Of a DNA stretch of 14,242 nt, positions 9,221-14,242 are shown one piece after another; position 1 is the first letter of the stretch; each line of letters begins with the position of its first letter. A program made the position numbers and the translations under genes. Where the stretch lies: contig CAXXIS010000013.1 of the NCBI GenBank assembly GCA_963664395.2, positions 1 through 14,242 on the forward strand, in the 5' to 3' direction. This DNA comes from Candidatus Binatia bacterium (lineage in GTDB: Bacteria; Desulfobacterota; Binatia; Bin18). The notes below the pieces were generated by a model. That model searched no databases, was not told the origin of the DNA, and saw only the letters and a list, made by a program, of their open reading frames with translations.

Positions 9221-10129
9221 ATGGCAACATTTTCAGTGGATCAGGTTGATATTTTTGGCAAGGGTGTATTGCAGGCCGAGGGCGTAGTTGTTGATAAAGA
9301 GGGCAACGTCTTTGGCGGTGGCCGGAACGGCATTATGTATAAGGTCACACCCGATGGCACCGTGAGTGAATTAGTCACCCTGCCCGAGGGTTCTATCCCC
9401 AATGGGGTGACCATGGACCGCAATGGCGATCTGGTCTACTGCGATCTGGGCAAGCAGGCCATGATGCGCGTGACCCAGGGCGGCGAAGTGTCGCTGATTG
9501 CCGACCAGGTTGGCGCACTCAAACTGACCCTCCCGAATTTTGCCAGCTATGATGCCGAGGGCAATCTCTACGTCTCGAATTCGAGTACGTCGAGTATTGA
9601 GAATGTCCTGGCCGAGTTGGCTACCCCCTCAGCCAAAGGGGCGCTGGTCGTTATCCGCCCGAACGGGAAGAGTGAAATTGTGGCCGAGGGTATTTATCTG
9701 GCCAACGGCACTGCTATCGACCCGAAAGAAGACGCGGTCTACCTGCTGGAAAGCACCCGGAACGACTGTCTGCGCATTCAGATCAAGAAAGATGGTACGT
9801 TCGGGAAGCCCGAGATCTATTCCAAGGATTTTCCGGCCCTGCCGGATGGCATGGCTTTTGACGTGAACGGCAATATGTACGTCACTCTGCCGGCGGTGGT
9901 GACGGGCGGGGAGATGGTGCCGGCCCATCAGGTCATCGCCGTTGATACCAACGGCAACTGGAGCATGCTGATCGATGATTCGGCTGAGGGCAAGAAGCTC
10001 AACTTCCCGACCAACTGTGCCTTTGGTGGGCCGGACTTGCAGACGCTGTATATCGCCAATCTCGAAGGCGATCACTTCAGTTGCGTCAAGACGCCCTACA
10101 CCGGCCATCCGCTCTACCATCAGCGCTAA
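9221..10129 (+). CDS. SMP-30/gluconolactonase/LRE family beta-propeller protein
   Basis: AGGAGG RBS. Motifs AEG, PNG, ANG, PDGMAFDVNGNMYV and PTNCAFGGPDLQTLYI. Intact 302-aa ORF. Confidence 0.92.
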   Translation: MATFSVDQVDIFGKGVLQAEGVVVDKEGNVFGGGRNGIMYKVTPDGTVSELVTLPEGSIPNGVTMDRNGDLVYCDLGKQAMMRVTQGGEVSLIADQVGALKLTLPNFASYDAEGNLYVSNSSTSSIENVLAELATPSAKGALVVIRPNGKSEIVAEGIYLANGTAIDPKEDAVYLLESTRNDCLRIQIKKDGTFGKPEIYSKDFPALPDGMAFDVNGNMYVTLPAVVTGGEMVPAHQVIAVDTNGNWSMLIDDSAEGKKLNFPTNCAFGGPDLQTLYIANLEGDHFSCVKTPYTGHPLYHQR

Positions 10130-10145
10130 CAGGAGAAGGTGGCCT

Positions 10146-11111
10146 ATGAAGGCAATGCGAGCGCATCAACCTGGAGGACCGGAGCAACTCCGCTATGAGG
10201 ATGCCCCCGACCCCGAGTTGGGGGAGGCCCAGGTCCTCATTCGAGTCCGGGCGATTGGTATCAACCCCGCCGATTTAGTCCGGCTGTCCGGCAAGCTTGC
10301 CCCGCTGAAACTTCCCTATATCACTGGTACGGACGTGTCTGGTGAGGTCGAAGCCGTGAGTCCGGGGGTTACGCAGGTTCAGGTCGGCGACCGTGTATTT
10401 GGCCGCGCGATCAGTGCCGGCTATGCGGAAAAGGCGTGTCTGCTCGCCCGCGAGGCAATACCCCTGCCGTCCGCGCTCTCTTTTGCTGAGGGGGCGGCGA
10501 TCCCGATACCGTTTTATACGGCCTATTATGCCTTGCATCATAAAGCAGGGGTGCAGGCGGGAGAAACGGTCCTGATTTCTGCCGGTGGCGGTGGCGTTGG
10601 CGTCGCGGCTATCCAGCTGGCCAAAGCCGCGGGCGCTCGGGTGATTACGACCGTTGGGTCACAGGAAAAAGCAGACCGGACACGCGCACTGGGTGCTGAG
10701 GTCGCGCTGAATTATAAACAGCAGGATTTTGCGGCAGAGGTTCTCAAGCTGACCCAGGGCAAGGGAGTGGATGTCATCATTGAGAATGTCGCCACAGATA
10801 ACTTGGCTGCCGACTGCTCGGCCGTTGCCAAGTCCGGCCGCATTGTCTTAATCGGCACGGGCACCGGCAAGGCTCCGGACGCGACGTTCGGCGTGCTGCC
10901 GGCCCTCATCAAAGATATCACCTTCTATGGCATGAGCCTCATTAATGCTGACCAGGTCATCCCGGAGATGGCGGCCACGCTCACCCCGCTGTTTGCCGCT
11001 GGAACACTCAAAGCCTTGGTGAGTAAGACGTATCCGTTGGCTGAGGCGGCTCAAGCCCTGAATGACCTGCTTGCGAGTAAAGTTTTCGGCAAGCTGGTAC
11101 TGACACCATAA
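10146..11111 (+). CDS. NADPH:quinone oxidoreductase (zeta-crystallin-like MDR family)
   Basis: ATG 10146 after AGGAG. MKAMRAHQPGGPEQL, GINPAD, GTDVSGEV, AGGGGVG nucleotide-binding motif and GKLVL end. No catalytic zinc GHE motif. Confidence 0.92.
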   Translation: MKAMRAHQPGGPEQLRYEDAPDPELGEAQVLIRVRAIGINPADLVRLSGKLAPLKLPYITGTDVSGEVEAVSPGVTQVQVGDRVFGRAISAGYAEKACLLAREAIPLPSALSFAEGAAIPIPFYTAYYALHHKAGVQAGETVLISAGGGGVGVAAIQLAKAAGARVITTVGSQEKADRTRALGAEVALNYKQQDFAAEVLKLTQGKGVDVIIENVATDNLAADCSAVAKSGRIVLIGTGTGKAPDATFGVLPALIKDITFYGMSLINADQVIPEMAATLTPLFAAGTLKALVSKTYPLAEAAQALNDLLASKVFGKLVLTP

Positions 11112-11144
11112 AAGAGTCCACTCAGCAAAAAAGAAAGGAAGACT

Positions 11145-11555
11145 ATGTCACTCACATTAGCGCTGGCAGAACAATTTATCGCCGCCGCCAAACAAAAGGC
11201 CCAGGAAAAAGGCTGGGATATGAGCTTTGCGGTCACAGACTCGGCCGGGAATCTGGTCGCCCTGGCCCGTATGGATAACGCCCGCTGGCTGACAACCGGG
11301 GTGGCCCAGAGCAAGGCGTTTACCGCAGCGACTTTTCGTCGCACCTCGCGCGAGGTGGCCGAACTGGCGGAATCTCGCTCGCAGTTGTTCACGAGTGTGG
11401 CCGGGATTATCGGCCGGCCGTTGCTCTTGGCCGGCGGTGGTTTGCCGCTCGCGGTGAATGGCGAATTTCTCGGCGGCGTTGGAGCCAGCGGCGGAACGGA
11501 AGATGAAGACATCGAATGCGCCCGCGCGGCGCTCGATGCCCTCGGCGCCGAATAG
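11145..11555 (+). CDS. GlcG/HbpS-like heme-binding protein
   Basis: AVTDSAGNLVALARMD, AQSKAFTA and GGLPLAVNGEFLGGVGASGGTEDEDIECA are family-typical. 136 aa. Confidence 0.9.
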   Translation: MSLTLALAEQFIAAAKQKAQEKGWDMSFAVTDSAGNLVALARMDNARWLTTGVAQSKAFTAATFRRTSREVAELAESRSQLFTSVAGIIGRPLLLAGGGLPLAVNGEFLGGVGASGGTEDEDIECARAALDALGAE

Positions 11556-11575
11556 GCAGACTGCCGGCAACCCGA

Positions 11576-12643
11576 ATGGCCCCGCCTCTCAACATCCTGC
11601 TCCTCGGTGCGGTGGGAGACGCCGTCATAGAAAAGATAGCGGCCGTTGATGCCCGCATTCGGGTTGTCGATGCGCGTGGCAAGTTCGAGGTTGAGTACGC
11701 TGAGACCTGGCCGGCGGAATCTGTTCGTCGCTACGTCCCACAGGCCCTCGTCGCGGCAAACACCTCGACCCGCGCCGAGCGGGATGCCCTGCTGGCTGAA
11801 GCCGAGGTCATCTGTATTCGTTTCCCTTTCCCGCTCGATCTGCGTGCTCGGACGCCACGCCTCAAGTGGCTCCACCAAACACCGGCGGGTGCCTCGAATC
11901 TGCGCATGTGCGATATCTGGGACAGCGATGTCGTTGTGACCACGTCGCGCGGTCTGAATAACTCTTTGCCTATTGCAGAATATGTGTTGTCCACGATCCT
12001 TCTCTTTGCGAAGTCGTGGCCTCAAGCTTTTCATGATCAGAATAATCAGGCGTTCGAACGTCGCGCCTATCGGCCCATACTGGTCCAGGGAAAAACCGTC
12101 GGCATTATCGGCCTGGGTGGTATTGGGAGTGCTGTTGCGCGTCTCGCCAAAGCCGTCGGGATGCGTGTCGTGGCAACCCGGCGCTCAGTAACCACTCCGC
12201 AGAGTCAGACGCAAAACGTGGACGAACTACTCCCGCCCTCAGAACTGTCTGCTCTGCTTGAGCAGAGTGATTTCGTTGTGGTGAGTACACAGTGGACACC
12301 AGAAACGGACGGACTCATTGGTGAAGCTGAACTACGCCAGATGAAACCGGGTGCGTATCTCATCAATGTGGCCCGGGGTGAAATCATTGACCAATCGGCA
12401 CTCACCCAGGCATTGCAGGCAGGCTGGATCGCCGGGGCTGGTCTGGATGTCTACACTGGAGAATTCACCGGGCCGCCACCGAAGGAACTCTGGCAACTAC
12501 CGAATGTTGTCATTACTCCGCATACGTCGGGTGGAACGGATGTGCAGCAGGCCAAGGGCCTGGAGTTGTTCTGCGAGAATCTGCGACGCTACGTCAGCGG
12601 CCAAGCCCTCCTGAATGTCTTGGACTGGGAGCGCGGCTACTGA
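11576..12643 (+). CDS. D-isomer-specific 2-hydroxyacid dehydrogenase
   Basis: Probable ATG 11576. IAEYVL, GKTVGIIGLGGIG, MKPGAYLINVARG, GAGLDV and ITPHTSG (catalytic Arg and His present). Confidence 0.92.
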   Translation: MAPPLNILLLGAVGDAVIEKIAAVDARIRVVDARGKFEVEYAETWPAESVRRYVPQALVAANTSTRAERDALLAEAEVICIRFPFPLDLRARTPRLKWLHQTPAGASNLRMCDIWDSDVVVTTSRGLNNSLPIAEYVLSTILLFAKSWPQAFHDQNNQAFERRAYRPILVQGKTVGIIGLGGIGSAVARLAKAVGMRVVATRRSVTTPQSQTQNVDELLPPSELSALLEQSDFVVVSTQWTPETDGLIGEAELRQMKPGAYLINVARGEIIDQSALTQALQAGWIAGAGLDVYTGEFTGPPPKELWQLPNVVITPHTSGGTDVQQAKGLELFCENLRRYVSGQALLNVLDWERGY

Positions 12644-13150
12644 ATCAACGCTTCACCGCAATGGCAGTCTCACCAAATGAATGCACCAGCCAATGGCCCT
12701 TTCTTACTGTCACTGCACACTATATGCCAGTGGGAGAGATCGCTTGACCCTATCACCAGAGCGTTTCACGCTAGGCTGTAGCCATGCCATTGCGCGCTCG
12801 TCATGCCGGTGGAGTGGCAGCAGACGAGTCAGAACTTTGTGATTACCGAGACCGAGTGAGCCCGGACGGTCTGTCCGTGCGGGCGGTGGGCTGCTATCGG
12901 GGTCGCGCGCGCGGCACCCCGTGACGGCGTGGGTTTTGCTCGTTCCGGCCTTTGACTTCATTTTCTCTTCCCGGCTAAGGTTCGGCCTTGTAAAGGGCCA
13001 CGCAGACAACTTGTCGGGTCGCCTGCCGAATAGAACACCCCTGTTATGCCCTGGGAGTCGCGATCCGGGGCGGGGGGAATAGGGAGGGCCTCACTCCATC
13101 TGCGTATGGTCTTTACACCGGCCCGGCGTCCTTATGCTGTTCCGGGCGTC

Positions 13151-13376
13151 GGTAGTGTCTCACTTTGAAATTGCTTCTCCTCGCCGCTGATTGCCTGCCC
13201 ATCTTTTTCGACGCCCTCGTCATTTTTTTTCATTTCCTACCAATTTTGGTAGGGACAAGGGCGGCAAATTATGCGTAGTATCCCTTCTTACCAGTGAGGC
13301 CAAAACACTGCGGCAGGCGGAGTTAAGGTCCCCCATACGAGAGCGAAATCCAAAGGATTCAAACTGAGACACTACC
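13151..13376. mobile_element. MITE-like non-autonomous element, 226 bp, possibly IS1-family derived
   Basis: Left end GGTAGTGTCTCACTTTGAA (13151-13169) and right end TTCAAACTGAGACACTACC (13358-13376) are inverted repeats matching at 18 of 19 positions. Both ends are flanked exactly by CGGGCGTC (13143-13150 and 13377-13384). No transposase is encoded inside. Confidence 0.85.
13236..13281 (+). promoter_or_regulatory. Palindromic operator-like site plus -10-like box inside the MITE
   Basis: CCTACCAA-TT-TTGGTAGG (13236-13253) has perfect 8-bp arms. It is followed by GGGACA (13252-13257), 18 nt, TAGTAT (13276-13281). Confidence 0.4.
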
Positions 13377-13455
13377 CGGGCGTCGAGTCTGTCCGGTAAG
13401 GATACCAACCGCATGCACAGACGTACAGTAGGAATCGAAGATTATCAGATGAAAC

Positions 13456-13494
13456 GGAGCGGCCGCGCAGCCCAGGGCTGCGGGCGACCGCTCC
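13456..13494 (+). other. Strong GC-rich hairpin in the 5' leader of the surface-protein gene
   Basis: Nested stems GGAGCGG / CCGCTCC and GCAGCCC-A-GGGCTGC, ending 14 nt before ATG 13509. Confidence 0.55.
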
Positions 13495-13508
13495 AACAAG
13501 AGCACACG

Positions 13509-14242
13509 ATGCAGAACAAACACCAGGCGAGAGCAGATGTGCCACCCACCTCCCGACGCGCGGCTACCGGGTTCCTGCTGTTGCTCGCCGTGCTGTTGCT
13601 CGCCGCCCCGCAGCAGGCCGACGCGCAGAGGGCCAGAACCCTGGTCAGCAACATCAGGGGAGGGGACACCAGCGGTGCCTCTGTTGACCGGGCACAGCGT
13701 TTCACCACGGGGCTCAATTCAGGCGGCTACACACTGAGCAGCATCGAAATCTTTTCCGCAGACAATGAGTCCGACGACGCGAGGGTCTCGGTGCGGACGG
13801 TTGGCCCACCTCGGACGGTCCCGAACGAAATTCCCGCTGCAGTCCACGCCACACTCACGCCCCCGGACAGCTTCGCCTAAGGAGACCCTGGTCTTTACGG
13901 ACCCGTCCAATCCGACCCTTGCGGCAAACACGACCTATACCGTGCTGATCCAAAGCCCCAAAAACTCCGAAGGGGAAAGGGGAAACCCTTGAGCTGGGCC
14001 AAACACCCTCCGCCGACGAAAACGCTGGTAAGGCGGCAGGCTGGAGCATCGCTGACGAGGGGTCCATTAAAACGAGGGGGTAGCGTAGTTGGTACCAATC
14101 AACCAGTTCATATTTAGGATCGCCGTCAATGGCTTGCTCGTGGGCGCCGCCAACACCGCGCCGACGGCCACGACCGCCACGGTCACAACCACCGAGGAGG
14201 TGTCCCACACCTTCACGGCGGCGAACTTCAACTTCAACGACC
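13509..14242 (+). CDS. N-terminal part of a large secreted/surface protein (signal peptide, beta-rich extracellular domain, start of a cadherin/Ig-like repeat); partial, several frameshifts
   Basis: Signal peptide RRAATGFLLLLAVLLLAAPQQADA|Q. The domain TLVSN..AQRFTTG..GYTLSSIEI..TLVFT..TLAANTTYTVLI..GWSIADE..FRIAVNG is stitched across shifts near 13878, 13980 and 14075-14112. It is followed by ANTAPTATTATVTTTEEVSHTFTAANFNFND, running off the window. Confidence 0.75.

Noticed and set aside
11051-12034. 327-aa minus-strand ORF and other long antisense ORFs (e.g. 6488-7111, 8685-9230)
   Set aside because: They are shadows of well-supported plus-strand genes in GC-rich DNA and contain no recognisable motifs.
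12710-13009. 99-aa minus-strand ORF in the intergenic gap
   Set aside because: No recognisable domain and a composition typical of spurious GC-rich frames.
1-14242. CRISPR array, tRNA/rRNA, integrase or transposase
   Set aside because: No regularly spaced repeats, cloverleaf, or recombinase/transposase motifs were seen by eye.

Overview
Bacterial accessory-metabolism region of moderate to high GC. The gene content is suggestive of an uncultured, possibly host- or sponge-associated lineage, which is an inference only. The left 5.8 kb holds small redox and hydrolase genes: the 3' end of an LLM monooxygenase, NIPSNAP, an alpha/beta hydrolase, a PPOX-type flavoprotein, an esterase, a SnoaL-like protein and a GST. 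Almost all of these carry single-base frameshifts, probably long-read errors, and two genuine gene remnants (an SMP-30 N-terminus and an internal LLM piece) flank the GST. Next come a D-aminoacylase-like amidohydrolase with a strong intrinsic terminator and an intact six-gene operon: CaiB/BaiF CoA-transferase, cupin, SMP-30/gluconolactonase, NADPH:quinone oxidoreductase, GlcG-like protein and D-2-hydroxyacid dehydrogenase. The best non-obvious signal is a 226-bp non-autonomous element (13151-13376) with 19-bp terminal inverted repeats and an 8-bp target duplication. It carries a perfect palindrome plus a -10-like box and lies just upstream of a large secreted, adhesin-like protein gene that runs off the window end. 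No rRNA, tRNA, CRISPR array or transposase was seen.
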